A stretch of 64,000 nt of DNA from Coraliomargarita sp. (GTDB lineage Bacteria > Verrucomicrobiota > Verrucomicrobiia > Opitutales > Coraliomargaritaceae): positions 1,600,001-1,664,000 of the forward strand of contig OZ244160.1 in NCBI GenBank assembly GCA_965216325.1, given 5' to 3'. Positions within the stretch are counted from its first letter, which is position 1. Each line of letters begins with the position of its first letter. The position numbers and the translations under genes were made by a program. Below the pieces are notes generated by a model. That model ran no database searches, was not told where the DNA came from, and saw only the letters and a list, made by a program, of their open reading frames with translations. Shown one piece after another: positions 41,218 through 52,797 of the stretch.

Positions 41218-43986
41218 TTAGAGGCTAAGCTCCTTTTGCGAAGGCGCAAACTTAGTCAGGTTGATGCCAACCACGGCATCCTTATACTCATCCATGTTCG
41301 GGATGCGGCCAAGGATTGCGGAAAGCACGACCACCGGAGTCGATGCGAGCAGGGACTCACCCTTCTTGCGCTCGGAGTCTTCCACCACGCGACCTTGGAA
41401 CAGGCGTGTGGAGGTTGCGAGCACGGTGTCACCCTTCGCAGCCTTTTCTTGGTTACCCATACAAAGGTTACAACCTGGACGCTCCAGATACATCATGTTC
41501 TCGTATTCAGTGCGGGCAGTGTCCTTCGGCGCATTGTCGTCGAACTCGAAACCAGAATACTTCTCAAGCAACTCCCAGTCACCTTCCGCCTTCAGCTCAT
41601 CAATGATGTTGTAAGTCGGCGCAGCAACCACCAGTGGTGCATTGAACTCAACCTTGCCCTGCTGAGCTTCGAGGTTCTTGAGCATTTGCGAAACGATCTT
41701 CAAGTCACCCTTGTGCACCATGCAGGAACCGACGAAACCGAGGTCCACCTTCTTATCACCACCGTAGTAGGAAACCGGGCGAATCGTGTCGTGGGTGTAG
41801 CGCTTGGAAACGTCGTCGTTGTTCACGTCCGGGTCAGCAATCATTGGCTCGTCGATGATGTCCAGATCGACCACGAACTCAGCGAAATACTTCGCATTGC
41901 TGTCCGGCATGAGCGCAGGCTTCTCGCCGGAGCGGATCTCAGCGATACGTGCGTCGGCACGATCAACGAGGCCTTGCAGCACCTTCGCGTCGTTGTCCAT
42001 ACCCTTCTCGATCATGATCTGGATACGGCTCTTTGCGATTTCGAGCGATTCGATCAGCGTCTCGTCCTCAGAAATGCAGATCGCGGCCTTAGCCTTCATT
42101 TCTGCAGTCCAGTCAGTGAAGGTGAACGCCTGGTCGGCTGGAAGTGTGCCGATGTGAACTTCGATCACGCGGCCCTGGAAAACGTTGTCACCAAATTTCT
42201 TGAGCATCTGCGCCTGTGTGGCGTGCACCACATCGCGGAAGTCCATGTGGTCCTTCAGGTCGCCCTGGAAAGTCACCTTTACCGATTCTGGGATCGGCAT
42301 GGTTGCCTCACCGGTTGCGAGCGCGAGCGCCACCGTGCCGGAGTCCGCACCGAATGCAACACCCTTGGACATACGCGTGTGGGAGTCACCACCGATGATG
42401 ATCGCCCACTCATCCACAGTCAGGTCATTGAGCACCTTGTGGATCACGTCAGTCATCGCGTGGTATTCACCTTGCGGGTCACGCGCAGTGATCAGGCCGA
42501 AGTTGTTCATGAACTTCATCAGCTTCGGGATATTGGCCTGCGCCTTCTTATCCCAGACAGATGCAGTGTGACAGCCAGACTGGTAAGAACCGTCAACGGT
42601 TGGTGAAACTACAGTCGCTGCCATCGCCTCAAGCTCCTGCATGGTCATGAGACCAGTCGTGTCCTGAGAACCGACGATGTTGACCTTTACGCGGACGTCG
42701 GAGCCAGCGTGAAGCGTGAGCCCCTCAGTCGTGCCGACTGCATTCTTGTTGAAGATCTTCTCAACTGCAGTGAGGCCTTGGTCCTCGTGGGAGATTTCCT
42801 TGGAGGGTGCAAAGACCGCATCTGGAGCCACACCGAGTGTCGCTGCTGCGAAGCTTTGGAGCTTCTTACCGAAGACAATCGCGTAGGAGCCACCCGCCTT
42901 GATGAACTCAACCTTCTGCGGAGTGAGCGCGGAGGAGATGTCGACGAGCTCTTGGTCGCCGTTGTAGAGCTTCTTGGTCTTGGTGTTGATCGTCAGAACA
43001 GTGCCGGTTTCAACCGAGTAAGCTTGCTCCAACACGGCATCGCCGTTCTCGTCGAGCACTGGCTTGCCGTCGGCGTCGAGCTTCTTGACCCAGTTCTTCA
43101 GGTCGATGCCGATACCGCCTGTAACACTGACAGTGGTCAGGAAGATCGGTGAAATGCCATTGGTGCCTGCAACGACTGGAGCGATGTTCACGAACGGCAC
43201 ATAGGGGCTCGCTTGCTTACCAGTCCAGAGCGCGACGTTGTTCACGCCCGACATACGGGAAGAGCCCACGCCCATGGTGCCCTTTTCAGCGATCAGCATC
43301 ACACGCTTGCCCGGATGCTGTGCCTGCAGGCCTTGAATCTCAATTTGTGCCTCCGGAGAGATCATACACTTACCGTGCAGCTCGCGATCGGAGCGGGAGT
43401 GGGCCTGGTTACCCGGGGAAAGCAAGTCGGTAGAGATGTCGCCTTCGGCCGCGATGTAGGTGACGACCTCGATCTCTTCGTCCACATCTGGAAGCTTGGT
43501 GAAGAATTCAGCCTTCGCATAGCTCTCAAGAATGTCCTTGGCGATTGCATTGCCGTCTTTGAAAGCAGTTGCGAGACGGTCGGTATCCGCGTCGTAGAGG
43601 AACACCTGAGTCTTAAGCACATCCGCAGCTTGAGCAGCGATGCCGGCATCATCACCTAGCGCTAGGTCAAGCAGCACCTCAACGGACGGGCCACCCTTCA
43701 TGTGCGAGAGTAGTTCGAACGCGAACTCCGGAGTGATCTCTTCCACGACGGTCTCGCCGAGAATGATTTCCTTCAGAAACGCAGCCTTCACACCCGCGGC
43801 ACTAGTGGTGCCCGGCAAAGTGTTGTAGATGAAAAAGTTGAGGGAGTCCTTACGATGCTCACTCGAGGCATCTTTGATCTGCTCGATAATTGCAGCCACT
43901 AGCTCGCCGCCGTCGATCGGCTTCGGGCTCAAGCCTTGAGCTTTGCGCTCTTCGATTTCTGTTAAATAGTCAGTATATGTGTCCAT
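41218..43986 (-). CDS. acnB: Aconitate hydratase 2 / 2-methylisocitrate dehydratase
   Basis: N-terminal HEAT-like domain, STDLLSP, GSSR, SQDTTG, GDSHTR, VGSCM and PGCNLCMGNQ; likely start ATG 43986. Confidence 0.95.
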   Translation of the reverse strand: MDTYTDYLTEIEERKAQGLSPKPIDGGELVAAIIEQIKDASSEHRKDSLNFFIYNTLPGTTSAAGVKAAFLKEIILGETVVEEITPEFAFELLSHMKGGPSVEVLLDLALGDDAGIAAQAADVLKTQVFLYDADTDRLATAFKDGNAIAKDILESYAKAEFFTKLPDVDEEIEVVTYIAAEGDISTDLLSPGNQAHSRSDRELHGKCMISPEAQIEIQGLQAQHPGKRVMLIAEKGTMGVGSSRMSGVNNVALWTGKQASPYVPFVNIAPVVAGTNGISPIFLTTVSVTGGIGIDLKNWVKKLDADGKPVLDENGDAVLEQAYSVETGTVLTINTKTKKLYNGDQELVDISSALTPQKVEFIKAGGSYAIVFGKKLQSFAAATLGVAPDAVFAPSKEISHEDQGLTAVEKIFNKNAVGTTEGLTLHAGSDVRVKVNIVGSQDTTGLMTMQELEAMAATVVSPTVDGSYQSGCHTASVWDKKAQANIPKLMKFMNNFGLITARDPQGEYHAMTDVIHKVLNDLTVDEWAIIIGGDSHTRMSKGVAFGADSGTVALALATGEATMPIPESVKVTFQGDLKDHMDFRDVVHATQAQMLKKFGDNVFQGRVIEVHIGTLPADQAFTFTDWTAEMKAKAAICISEDETLIESLEIAKSRIQIMIEKGMDNDAKVLQGLVDRADARIAEIRSGEKPALMPDSNAKYFAEFVVDLDIIDEPMIADPDVNNDDVSKRYTHDTIRPVSYYGGDKKVDLGFVGSCMVHKGDLKIVSQMLKNLEAQQGKVEFNAPLVVAAPTYNIIDELKAEGDWELLEKYSGFEFDDNAPKDTARTEYENMMYLERPGCNLCMGNQEKAAKGDTVLATSTRLFQGRVVEDSERKKGESLLASTPVVVLSAILGRIPNMDEYKDAVVGINLTKFAPSQKELSL

Positions 43987-44197
43987 AGATAGCACACATA
44001 TGTCCTTTCAGGCCTGTATTTTACAAGAAGATTCTCGCGCTGCGGACATGAATCGCTTTCGAATTATTCATCGCACGGATGAATTGATTACGAGAAGCCC
44101 CAGAAGCGTTCACCACTTGACAATCAAAGGCTTTCGGTGAAAAACATTGCCACACCCATTTTCTGGGACGCGACGTTACTCACTTACTATTGGCACT

Positions 44198-45220
44198 GTG
44201 CTGGGACTTATCTCCAACGACATCGGAATCGACTTAGGAACTGCAAACACCCTCGTGTTTGCTAAGGACAAAGGCATTGTCCTGCGCGAGCCCAGTGTGG
44301 TAGCGGTCTACACGTCGACGAAGAAAGTCTGCGCAGTGGGCGCCGAGGCGAAGAAAATGCTTGGCCGCACCCCGGGCAACATCAGTGCCATCCGCCCGAT
44401 GAAAGACGGCGTGATCGCCGATTTTGAGATTACCGAGGCAATGCTGCGCTACTTCATCAACAAGGTGAACCGCACAAAAACGTTTGTAGCTCCCCGTATT
44501 GTGGTCGCAGTGCCTTCGGGCATCACCGAAGTGGAACGCCGCGCAGTGAAAGATTCCGCGATTCGTGCCGGTGCGCGCGATGTGGTGCTGATCGAAGAAC
44601 CCATGGCGGCTGCAATCGGCGTGGGCCTGCCGATCGATGAACCAGCAGCCAACATGATCGTCGATATCGGCGGTGGCACCACGGAAGTCGCGATCATCTC
44701 GCTGGCGGGCGTGGTTTACACCAAGAGTATCCGTGTCGGTGGCGACGAAATCGACAATGCGATCGTCAACTACATGAAGCGTGCCTACAATTTGCTGATT
44801 GGCGAGCGCACCGCGGAAGAGATCAAGATCAAGGTTGGCTCTGCCTACCCACTCGAAGAAGAAATTTCCATGGACGTGCGTGGCCGCGACTCGGTTGCTG
44901 GCCTACCAAAGTCCATTACAATCAGCTCACAGGAGATCCGCGAAGCGCTCTCCGACACAATGGCCTCCATCACCGAGTTGGTTCGCAACGCTTTGGAGCG
45001 CTGCCCACCTGAACTTTCTGCCGACTTGATCGACCGTGGCTTCGTCCTCGCGGGCGGTGGCGCGCAGATTCGCGGCCTGGATCAAAAGCTGAGTGATGCG
45101 ACCGGCCTACCGGTGGTCATTGCCGATTCGCCGCTCACAGCGGTTGCGAATGGCACTGGCTTGGTGCTGCAAGAATTGGCCTTCTTGCTGAAGGACCTCA
45201 CGAGAACCCCTAAAAGCTAG
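44198..45220 (+). CDS. mreB: Rod shape-determining protein MreB
   Basis: IDLGTANT, EPSVVA, RPMKDGVIADF and DIGGGTTE; likely GTG start at 44198. Confidence 0.97.
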   Translation: MLGLISNDIGIDLGTANTLVFAKDKGIVLREPSVVAVYTSTKKVCAVGAEAKKMLGRTPGNISAIRPMKDGVIADFEITEAMLRYFINKVNRTKTFVAPRIVVAVPSGITEVERRAVKDSAIRAGARDVVLIEEPMAAAIGVGLPIDEPAANMIVDIGGGTTEVAIISLAGVVYTKSIRVGGDEIDNAIVNYMKRAYNLLIGERTAEEIKIKVGSAYPLEEEISMDVRGRDSVAGLPKSITISSQEIREALSDTMASITELVRNALERCPPELSADLIDRGFVLAGGGAQIRGLDQKLSDATGLPVVIADSPLTAVANGTGLVLQELAFLLKDLTRTPKS

Positions 45221-45229
45221 GCTCCGGAC

Positions 45230-46078
45230 GTGGCGAAACACCGCCTCGATAAATTGAAGCCACTGGTTGCGCTCGGCGTCTTCCTGCTCGCTTGGTGGAT
45301 CGTGCCAACGATCTTCAAATCCTTCCTGAGGATTAGCTTCACAGAATTCCAAGCTCCCTCATGGGTGGCGACGTCTTACCTCAACGACCTCGAGGACTTC
45401 TGGGCCCGTCGCAGCCACTCCAAAGTCGAGCTCATCGAAGCTGGCAAAGAACTAGAGCGTAACAACGCCCGCTACCAAGTGATGGCGCAGCGCTATGAAA
45501 CGCTCGAAGCCGAAGTCGAACGCCTGCAAGCCATTCTCGACCTACCCAATCAGCGCGAGTTTCGCAATGAAGTCGCCCGCGTCATCCGCCGCGATCACAA
45601 CGCGTGGTGGAGCCAACTCATCATACGCAAAGGACGCGACTTCGGCGTAACCGAGGGAGCCGCCGTCATCTTCTCCGGTGGCGTCGTCGGCCGCGTGGTC
45701 GAAGTCAACGCCTTCACCTCCCGCGTCGACCTCATTACCAGCCCGAACTTCCGCATCGCGGCGCAATTTGAGAAAGATCAACGCCCGGTCATTTATCAGG
45801 GTATCCCGCAAAGCAGCTTCGGCGACCCAAGCGGCAGCGTGCGCGATGCGCCACAGGATCTCGTCGCCAATTCCCACGATCCGCTCAAACTGGTCACCAC
45901 CCACTTGGGCGGCACCTTCCCCGCAGGACTGACCATCGGCACTGTCTCCTGGCTCGAACCGGACAGCTCCGGCATTTTTCAAACGGGCGATGTAGTGCTC
46001 GATAAGCGCTTATTAAATCTTCGCGAAGTCACTATCCTGATTCCGCTCAACCCAAGCACCGAGGCCGATGTATTTTGA
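45230..46078 (+). CDS. mreC: Rod shape-determining protein MreC
   Basis: TM, coiled coil, GVVGRVVEV and GGTFPAGLTIG; synteny. Confidence 0.9.
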   Translation: MAKHRLDKLKPLVALGVFLLAWWIVPTIFKSFLRISFTEFQAPSWVATSYLNDLEDFWARRSHSKVELIEAGKELERNNARYQVMAQRYETLEAEVERLQAILDLPNQREFRNEVARVIRRDHNAWWSQLIIRKGRDFGVTEGAAVIFSGGVVGRVVEVNAFTSRVDLITSPNFRIAAQFEKDQRPVIYQGIPQSSFGDPSGSVRDAPQDLVANSHDPLKLVTTHLGGTFPAGLTIGTVSWLEPDSSGIFQTGDVVLDKRLLNLREVTILIPLNPSTEADVF

Positions 46079-46598
46079 TCCACGAGGCATCGTTCTGTTT
46101 GGGGCCAATGCACTGCTGCTCCACCTGACCCTCATGGTCAATTCGGCTCTGGCAGGCAGCTCGCTCTATCTACTGCTACTCGGGCCAATGCTTGTGATTC
46201 CGGCGCTCTACATGCGCCACTCCGCTTACTTCCTCTGCACCTTGATTACAGGACTCTGGGTCGATGCAGCACTGCCAACACCATTTGGGCTATTCACACT
46301 AAGCTTCCTTGCCGCCGGAGCGGCGACCTTTGCCCTACGCATGCGCTTTCGCGCCGAGAAGAACTACCACCCAGCGCTCATCGCACACGCGAGCAATGCA
46401 TTCTGCTTTCTCACGCTAACTATCAGCCAGGGCAGCGAGCTTTTTAGCGTATCAACCTTTTGGATACAAGCGGCACTCTCACTGCTGCTCTCTCACCTCG
46501 CGTTGTCCATCATTGCTCCGTGGTTCTTCAACCTCGAGCGCCTGCTCTTCGAAATCTTCCGCCTCGATCCGGACCCCGAAGACCTACCTTTGCTATAG
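46068..46598 (+). CDS. mreD: Probable MreD membrane protein
   Basis: Hydrophobic 176-aa protein with GLWVD..PFG, between mreC and mrdA. Confidence 0.75.
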   Translation: MYFDPRGIVLFGANALLLHLTLMVNSALAGSSLYLLLLGPMLVIPALYMRHSAYFLCTLITGLWVDAALPTPFGLFTLSFLAAGAATFALRMRFRAEKNYHPALIAHASNAFCFLTLTISQGSELFSVSTFWIQAALSLLLSHLALSIIAPWFFNLERLLFEIFRLDPDPEDLPLL

Positions 46599-48551
46599 AT
46601 GAGCGACTTCGATGTGCATCGGGGTGAAAATCCCCGCGTTCTCTTCTTTCTGTGGATCATCCTAGCAGCATCCACCGTACTCATCGTCGGACTTGGCTGG
46701 CGCCAACTGATCGCAAAAGACGAGTTCGATGAAATCGAGAAGCGTCAAACCGAACGCCGAATTCTCAAGCCCGGACCACGCGGCGACATTTACGACCGCG
46801 AAGGTCGCCTCCTTGTCGGCAACCGCCCACACTACTCGGCGGTCGTCTACCTCGACGACCTCCGCCCTGAGTTCCGCTCCGAATATTCGAGAATCATCAA
46901 GGCAGAGCGTGCCCGCATTAAGGAAGAATTCGAAGGAACCCCACCAAGCGTCCGCCCCGCTGATCCACCACACCCGAACTATAACGAACTGCAATGGGTC
47001 GCGCGCCAGAACGTGATCCAGCACTACATTGATCTGATCAATTACATAACCGGGCGCGATGATGCCCTCAGGCTCTCGACAATCATCCGACACTTCAACG
47101 AGCGCCTGCTCCTCCCGCTCCCCCTCGTTCAGGACCTGACACCCGATCAGTATGCGCGCTTGGTCGAACAATTGCCCGTCAACTCGCCAGTCAAAGTCCA
47201 CACCGACACCGCGCGCCATTACCCGTATCGCGACCTAGCTGCGCACGTGCTCGGCTATGTGCAGAGCAGACTCCCCGACCCCGAGGAAATCCCCAACGAC
47301 GGCATCAAAACCTTCACCTTTAAAAAGAAGGTCGGAAAAACCGGACTGGAGCGCAGTTTCGACGAACACCTATCCGGCACAACAGGAATGGAGATCTGGC
47401 GCGTCGATCCACTTGGCTTCCAAGACACACGCCTAGAATCTATTACCCCGCAGCAAGGCAACAACCTGATCACCAGCATCGACATCGATCTGCAGCAAGC
47501 CGCCGAAATCGCACTGGGTGAGCGCACCGGAGCGGCCGTGGCACTCGATGTTCAGAGCGGTGAGGTGCTTGCGATCGCAAGCCACCCAACTTACGACCTC
47601 AACCGACTAAGCCCCTACATTCCTCGAGCGACCTTCCAAGAAATCAACGAACTCGGCGCATGGCTCAACCGCAGCGTGCAACTGTCCTACCCACCCGGCT
47701 CCACTTTCAAGTTGATTACCTCGATTGCTGGCCTCCGCAACGGCAGCATCCGCATGGACAGCGAACACGACTGTGGCGGCGTCTATCGAGTCGGTAACCG
47801 TATCTTCCGCTGCCACTCGCGCTGGGGACATGGAGTCACCAATCTCGCAGGCGCGATCGAAGGAAGCTGTAACGTTTTCTACTACGCCGAGGGCCTCAAG
47901 ATGGGTATCGACGTGCTGAGCGCAGAAGCAAAACGCTTCGGTCTCGATCAGAAAACCGGCATCGAACTGCCCTTTGAAACCAGACGCCTCGTCGTGCCCT
48001 CGAAAGACTGGAAGCGCGAGGAGATCGGCGTCGGTTGGGTCCCCGGCGATACCGCCAACACCGGCATCGGTCAGGGCTTCCTTCTCGTGACGCCTCTACA
48101 GATGGCCACGGTCATCGCCTCCATCGCGCGAGATGAAACCCGCACCAAACCAACCTTGCGCGCGCTCTCCCGCGAGCAAGCCATGCAAGTCAACCACGGC
48201 GGCGAACCCATTGGGCTCACTCCCGAGCAAAGGGCACTCCTTTGGGAAGGCATGGAACGTGTGGTCGGTCCCGACGGCACCGGCCGCCTCGTGCAGATCG
48301 ATGGCCTGCGTATCGGAGGCAAAACCGGCACTGCAGACTTCCGTGCGCACGGGCAAGAGGTCAACCTCGCTTGGTTTGTTGGTTTCGCGCCAATCGAAAA
48401 CCCAAAGATTGCGGTCGCCGTGATGGTCGAAGGCACACGAGCCAGCCAGACCTACCAAGGCGGCTCCACCGCAGGCCCTGTGGCTAAAGACATCTTCCTC
48501 AAGTATCTTGAGAAGTTCCCGGAACGCATGGGCTTCGCAGTTGCGGAGTAA
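46599..48551 (+). CDS. mrdA: Penicillin-binding protein 2
   Basis: [22 protein letters not shown] (SxxK), SCN and GKTGTA. Confidence 0.95.
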   Translation: MSDFDVHRGENPRVLFFLWIILAASTVLIVGLGWRQLIAKDEFDEIEKRQTERRILKPGPRGDIYDREGRLLVGNRPHYSAVVYLDDLRPEFRSEYSRIIKAERARIKEEFEGTPPSVRPADPPHPNYNELQWVARQNVIQHYIDLINYITGRDDALRLSTIIRHFNERLLLPLPLVQDLTPDQYARLVEQLPVNSPVKVHTDTARHYPYRDLAAHVLGYVQSRLPDPEEIPNDGIKTFTFKKKVGKTGLERSFDEHLSGTTGMEIWRVDPLGFQDTRLESITPQQGNNLITSIDIDLQQAAEIALGERTGAAVALDVQSGEVLAIASHPTYDLNRLSPYIPRATFQEINELGAWLNRSVQLSYPPGSTFKLITSIAGLRNGSIRMDSEHDCGGVYRVGNRIFRCHSRWGHGVTNLAGAIEGSCNVFYYAEGLKMGIDVLSAEAKRFGLDQKTGIELPFETRRLVVPSKDWKREEIGVGWVPGDTANTGIGQGFLLVTPLQMATVIASIARDETRTKPTLRALSREQAMQVNHGGEPIGLTPEQRALLWEGMERVVGPDGTGRLVQIDGLRIGGKTGTADFRAHGQEVNLAWFVGFAPIENPKIAVAVMVEGTRASQTYQGGSTAGPVAKDIFLKYLEKFPERMGFAVAE

Positions 48552-48617
48552 TTGCTACCCAGAACCTAATAACGCATTGAAGAAGGTTTGGCCCAGTTGG
48601 TGCGAACCATCGATTGA

Positions 48618-48687
48618 GCAGGACAGGAATGCCCTGCCTCCTGAATCAAGTGCCTCTTTTCAAGGAGGACGGACATTCTTGTCCGTC
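48618..48687. repeat. REP-like doublet (GGAG type)
   Basis: GCAGGACAGGAATGCCCTGCCTCC and the inverted GGAGGACGGACATTCTTGTCCGTC. Confidence 0.7.
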
Positions 48688-48729
48688 TTAAAGCTCATAC
48701 CTTATTCAAAGAGGTATAAGCAGCCAGCC

Positions 48730-48824
48730 GTAGGGCTTTCCTTGGGAAGCCCGAGAGCCGACGGTGCATTTAGACCGACCGGAGTCGCCCGACTCTTCGC
48801 GGGTGGCGCAAGCACCACCCCTAC
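48730..48824. repeat. REP-like doublet (GTAG ends)
   Basis: GTAGGGCTTTCCTTGGGAAGCCCG ... CGGGTGGCGCAAGCACCACCCCTAC. Confidence 0.7.
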
Positions 48825-49528
48825 ATCTTGCGAATATCCGCGTAGCTACCGCTTTCCAGTTCCAGCAAACGAGGGAAGACTGCGATCAACTTGCGAGCGC
48901 AGGTTTCACCATCGGGCATGCTCTCGGTGCCCTTGGCAGCCTTCAACACTTCCAACGGTTCATAGCGCTCATCGGCAGGCAGTGCCGTCAGATAGTCCTG
49001 CATCGCGGTATCGACTAAGCCCGGCGCAAAGGAGGTAAAGTGCGTTCGCGGACGCTCGCCGGCATAGAGTTTGATCAACATATTCAAGGCCGCCTTGGAG
49101 AGGCTATAGCCATTCCAGCCACGGCTACCTGAGAGCGATGCACCCGACGAAATCGCCACCACTTGCTTCACCTTACGCCCCGATGCGAAGATCAGGTCCA
49201 ACATCCACTTATTCGCCAACACGTTGATTTCCATGGTCTCGCGGACATCGCTCAGCGGCGTCGCCTGCATGTCGCGAATTTCGCCCAACTTGCCCGCATT
49301 CAAGATGACCCGATGGAGGTGCCCCGCATCGGCCAACAAGCGGCCCACGGCGACACTCGCAGAGGCGGAATCCGACAGATCGACCGACTCAAAAAGCATA
49401 CCTTGATCGATCAAATCCTGTGGCGCACGGCGGCTGCAGCCATACACCCGCGCACCTTGCTCGAGATAGACCTTCGCCAAGCCATAGCCCAGGCCAGAAC
49501 TCACACCAGTAATAAAGACTTTTTCCAT
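48821..49528 (-). CDS. Short-chain dehydrogenase/reductase
   Basis: [22 protein letters not shown] and [10 protein letters not shown]; start ATG 49528. Confidence 0.9.
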   Translation of the reverse strand: MEKVFITGVSSGLGYGLAKVYLEQGARVYGCSRRAPQDLIDQGMLFESVDLSDSASASVAVGRLLADAGHLHRVILNAGKLGEIRDMQATPLSDVRETMEINVLANKWMLDLIFASGRKVKQVVAISSGASLSGSRGWNGYSLSKAALNMLIKLYAGERPRTHFTSFAPGLVDTAMQDYLTALPADERYEPLEVLKAAKGTESMPDGETCARKLIAVFPRLLELESGSYADIRKM

Positions 49529-49670
49529 GTAACTTATTCGTATGCACAACGATATATAAAACACAAACCTACTCTGTATCCGGATCATGAACGCACCACA
49601 AAAACCGCTCCCCATCTACCCGAGCAGCTCGTTTGTTTGGGCGATCCGCGAATCCGCTGAAAACAATCCC

Positions 49671-49742
49671 GTAAGGGCGCGACTTGACGCGCCCGCCCAG
49701 AGCACGGCCTCACCAAACGGGCGCGTCAAGTCGCGCCCCTAC
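49671..49742. repeat. REP-like doublet
   Basis: GTAAGGGCGCGACTTGACGCGCCCG and CGGGCGCGTCAAGTCGCGCCCCTAC are inverted copies matching at 24 of 25 positions. Confidence 0.85.
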
Positions 49743-49765
49743 TCCTACAGGACTGAACCCTGCAC

Positions 49766-50553
49766 TTACCCCAGCAACTCAGGGATAGTGAAGTAAAAAG
49801 TACTCCCCTTCCCTTCGGTCGACACCCAGGTCAGATGGCCACCGTGGCGCTGAATGAAGTCCTCACAGAGCAGCAGGCCAAAACCCGAGCCGGATTCCCC
49901 GGAAGTGCCCGTTTTTTATTTCCGGCTATCAATCTTCAGCAGTCGCTCCTGAACCTCGGCGCTCATCCCCATTCCCTTATCACACACCTGAAATTCCCAG
50001 AGCCCAGGCTGACGATAGACACGGATACAAACTTCGCCGCCCTCATGTGAGAACTTGAGCGCATTCGTGATCAGATTCTGAAAGATTCCTTGTAGCATGT
50101 AGCGGTCGGCACGGATCAAGCCTGTGTCGTAGGGCTCCAGCCGCACTCGAATGTTCTTCCGCTGCGCCACGGACTTTAAACGCGAGACTTCAGTCTCCAT
50201 GAGCTCAACGATATCCATCGATTCCAAGCGAAAGCTCACATTTTGCCCATAGCTACGCGTCCATGCGACCAAGTCGGACAGCAAATCATCCGCATCGTGA
50301 GAGGCACGGCAAATCAAACCACTCAATCGCTTCGCCTCTTCGAGATCCCCAGCCTCAAGGCGTTTGTCCAACATCCTGACGATTGCCAATACACCGCAGA
50401 GCGTAGATCGTGCCCCACAATCGAAAGGAGCTTATCCTTTGTATGGTTGAGGGCCTGAAGCCGAATCTCCTCGTCGGTTGGGCTACCGTGGTAGAGGCGT
50501 TCTTCAGTCTGCTCAGGCTCACCCGTAACGGGTGGAGCATAATTCAGGAGCGC
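49766..50553 (-). pseudogene. Sensor histidine kinase pseudogene
   Basis: H-box KDKLLSIVGHDLRSA in one frame, a frameshift near 50393, NLITNALKF and DKGMGM, an in-frame TAA at 49916-49918, then GSGFGLLLC...GKGSTFYFTIP and a stop at 49766. Confidence 0.85.
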
Positions 50554-50610
50554 CTAGTTGTCGACATAAGCAAGTCTGTATTACAGATCTTAATACTAAG
50601 TCCGACTGAC

Positions 50611-51195
50611 TTAACCACGCCAGGTAAAGGCATGGCACAGCGCAACCGCTGCAGCATCGGACTCATCGTAATGCTTGCCCACATCCATACCCGTCAGGCT
50701 ATAAATCGTGCGGGCCACCTGCTCTTTGCTAGCACGCCCGGCACCAACCACCGCTTGTTTCACACGCAGCGGCGCGTATTCGAATACCGACAAGCCCGAC
50801 ATTACAGCAGCAGCAATCGCAGCACCACGCGCTGCGCCCAAAATCTGTGCGGTCTGAAAGTTTTGCACGTAGATCGTCTGCTCAATCGCAACATGTTGGA
50901 TCTTGTGCTGGTTGATGTAGTCCTCGACCTGATTGCCAATCGCGCCGAGGCACTCCGGCATCGTCAGCGAACGGTGCAGGCGAAGCGTCGAGCATTCGAG
51001 CACCGTCACTTCGTTGGCCGCCTGATAATCGATCACAGCAAAGCCACTGCCCCGCAGACTCGGGTCGATCCCAAGCACCACCCCCTGAAACTTGCCAGGC
51101 AGATCGACGACTGTTTGCGCAGTCTTTTTCTTCGGCCCCGAGGTGCCCTCGCGAGCCACATACTCGGCCCAAAGCTTGCGTGAGGATTTTGCCAT
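50611..51195 (-). CDS. ruvC: Crossover junction endodeoxyribonuclease RuvC
   Basis: [29 protein letters not shown] and [12 protein letters not shown]. Confidence 0.95.
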   Translation of the reverse strand: MAKSSRKLWAEYVAREGTSGPKKKTAQTVVDLPGKFQGVVLGIDPSLRGSGFAVIDYQAANEVTVLECSTLRLHRSLTMPECLGAIGNQVEDYINQHKIQHVAIEQTIYVQNFQTAQILGAARGAAIAAAVMSGLSVFEYAPLRVKQAVVGAGRASKEQVARTIYSLTGMDVGKHYDESDAAAVALCHAFTWRG

Positions 51196-51944
51196 TAAAA
51201 GATCAGTTTAAGTCCACCCACGATCACAAAGAACCAGATCAAAAACTCAAACACCTTCTGGTTGATCCGCTTCACAATGAGCGGTGCTAGCAAGGCACCA
51301 ACAATAGCGAAGGGCATTAGGCTGGCACTGAGTTGAATCGACTTAAAATCGATGATTCCTAGCTGCATCATAAACGGCACCTTGAACAAATTGACCAAAA
51401 AGAAGAACCATGCCGCGGTGCCGATGTAGGCATACTTGGGCAAACCTGCGGCGATAAAATACAAGGCCGCAACTGGGCCGGCCGCATTGGCAACCATCGT
51501 CGCAAATCCGCCAATGATACCGGTTGAAGCCACAAAGGCCGGATGATGGGGCAAATGATCTTCACCATCATGATTGCGGCGCTGCCACTTGCGAAAGAAG
51601 TGCACCCCGGTCATGGACAGCAAAATAACACCGATCAAGATCCTCACCTGGCCGTCGTCGACTCGGCTAAACACCAACCAACCGATCAAAATCCCAAGCA
51701 CCGTCCACGGCGCAAGCTTCCCGATATAGGACCACAGTGCGTGCTTACGATACACCACAACGGCCACAATATCCGCAGAAATCAAGATCGGCAGCAACAC
51801 CCCAACCGACGCCTTGGCATCGATCGCCAACGCAAACAGCACCACGGTAATATTGCCAACGCCGGGCAGGCCGCCCTTGCCCAAGCCGACGCACAAGGCC
51901 CCCAGAGCGACCACCACTAGCTGCCATACTTCCATAGATTCCAT
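51195..51944 (-). CDS. TauE/SafE family membrane protein
   Basis: GLGKGGLPG and [13 protein letters not shown]; about 8 TM segments. Confidence 0.85.
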   Translation of the reverse strand: MESMEVWQLVVVALGALCVGLGKGGLPGVGNITVVLFALAIDAKASVGVLLPILISADIVAVVVYRKHALWSYIGKLAPWTVLGILIGWLVFSRVDDGQVRILIGVILLSMTGVHFFRKWQRRNHDGEDHLPHHPAFVASTGIIGGFATMVANAAGPVAALYFIAAGLPKYAYIGTAAWFFFLVNLFKVPFMMQLGIIDFKSIQLSASLMPFAIVGALLAPLIVKRINQKVFEFLIWFFVIVGGLKLIF

Positions 51945-52059
51945 ATACTAAGCTATTCGGAATCAAAATCCGGATCGCAATCGAAATCCGATCTTGTCGT
52001 CCGATCACTCGGACTTTCAAATTTCAGGTTTCAAGTATCAGCCCTCATCCCTCAAGATA

Positions 52060-52797
52060 ATGCGTTGGAAATGCACATGCGCCTATGACGGCACCGACTT
52101 CGACGGCTGGCAACGCCAGCGCGGCGGCGAGGCCGTGCAAAACTACATCGAGCGGGCCCTCTCTCAGATTTTCAATCAACCGATTAAAATTCACGGCAGC
52201 GGCCGCACCGATGCCGGCGTCCACGCCCGTGGACAATGCTTCCACTTCGACGGCAACTGGCCCCACAATGGGGGGAAACTGATCCGTGCGCTGCACTCCA
52301 TGCTGCCGGAGACACTGAAGATCACTTCAATCCAGCACGTCTCCGACGACTTTCATGCGCGCCACTCCGCAATCGGCAAGCGCTACGTCTACCGCTACTA
52401 CCTCGGCCGCGCCAACCCCTTGGAACAGCGCTACGTCTGGGCCTGCCGTGATGTGCCAATGAATTTCGAGGCCATGCAAGAAGCCGCCAAGCGCCTAACC
52501 GGCAAGCACGACTTCTCCGCCTACGGGGCGACTCACGGCAAGGACAGTGATCCGAATCCGGTCAAAGACATCTACCGCCTCGATCTCGTTAAAAAAGGTA
52601 AGCACATCACCATGACCACTGAGGGCAGCGGTTATCTCTACCGCATGGTGCGCAGTTTCGCAGGCGCGCTCTACTGGACCGGCCGCGGACGCCTGACCCC
52701 GGACGACATTAGCGAAATCCTCGAGTCCAAGACCCGCACCCAGCGTATCGTCACCGCGCCTGGCACAGGTCTGTGCCTCGACCGTGTGTTTTATTAA
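52060..52797 (+). CDS. truA: tRNA pseudouridine(38-40) synthase
   Basis: [28 protein letters not shown] and YLYRMVR; start ATG 52060. Confidence 0.95.
   Translation: MRWKCTCAYDGTDFDGWQRQRGGEAVQNYIERALSQIFNQPIKIHGSGRTDAGVHARGQCFHFDGNWPHNGGKLIRALHSMLPETLKITSIQHVSDDFHARHSAIGKRYVYRYYLGRANPLEQRYVWACRDVPMNFEAMQEAAKRLTGKHDFSAYGATHGKDSDPNPVKDIYRLDLVKKGKHITMTTEGSGYLYRMVRSFAGALYWTGRGRLTPDDISEILESKTRTQRIVTAPGTGLCLDRVFY

Noticed and set aside
41236..42606. 456-aa plus-strand ORF
   Set aside because: Antisense shadow of acnB.
48508..49038. 176-aa plus-strand ORF
   Set aside because: Made of REP DNA plus the antisense of the SDR gene.
50410..51183. 257-aa plus-strand ORF
   Set aside because: Antisense to ruvC and the kinase pseudogene.
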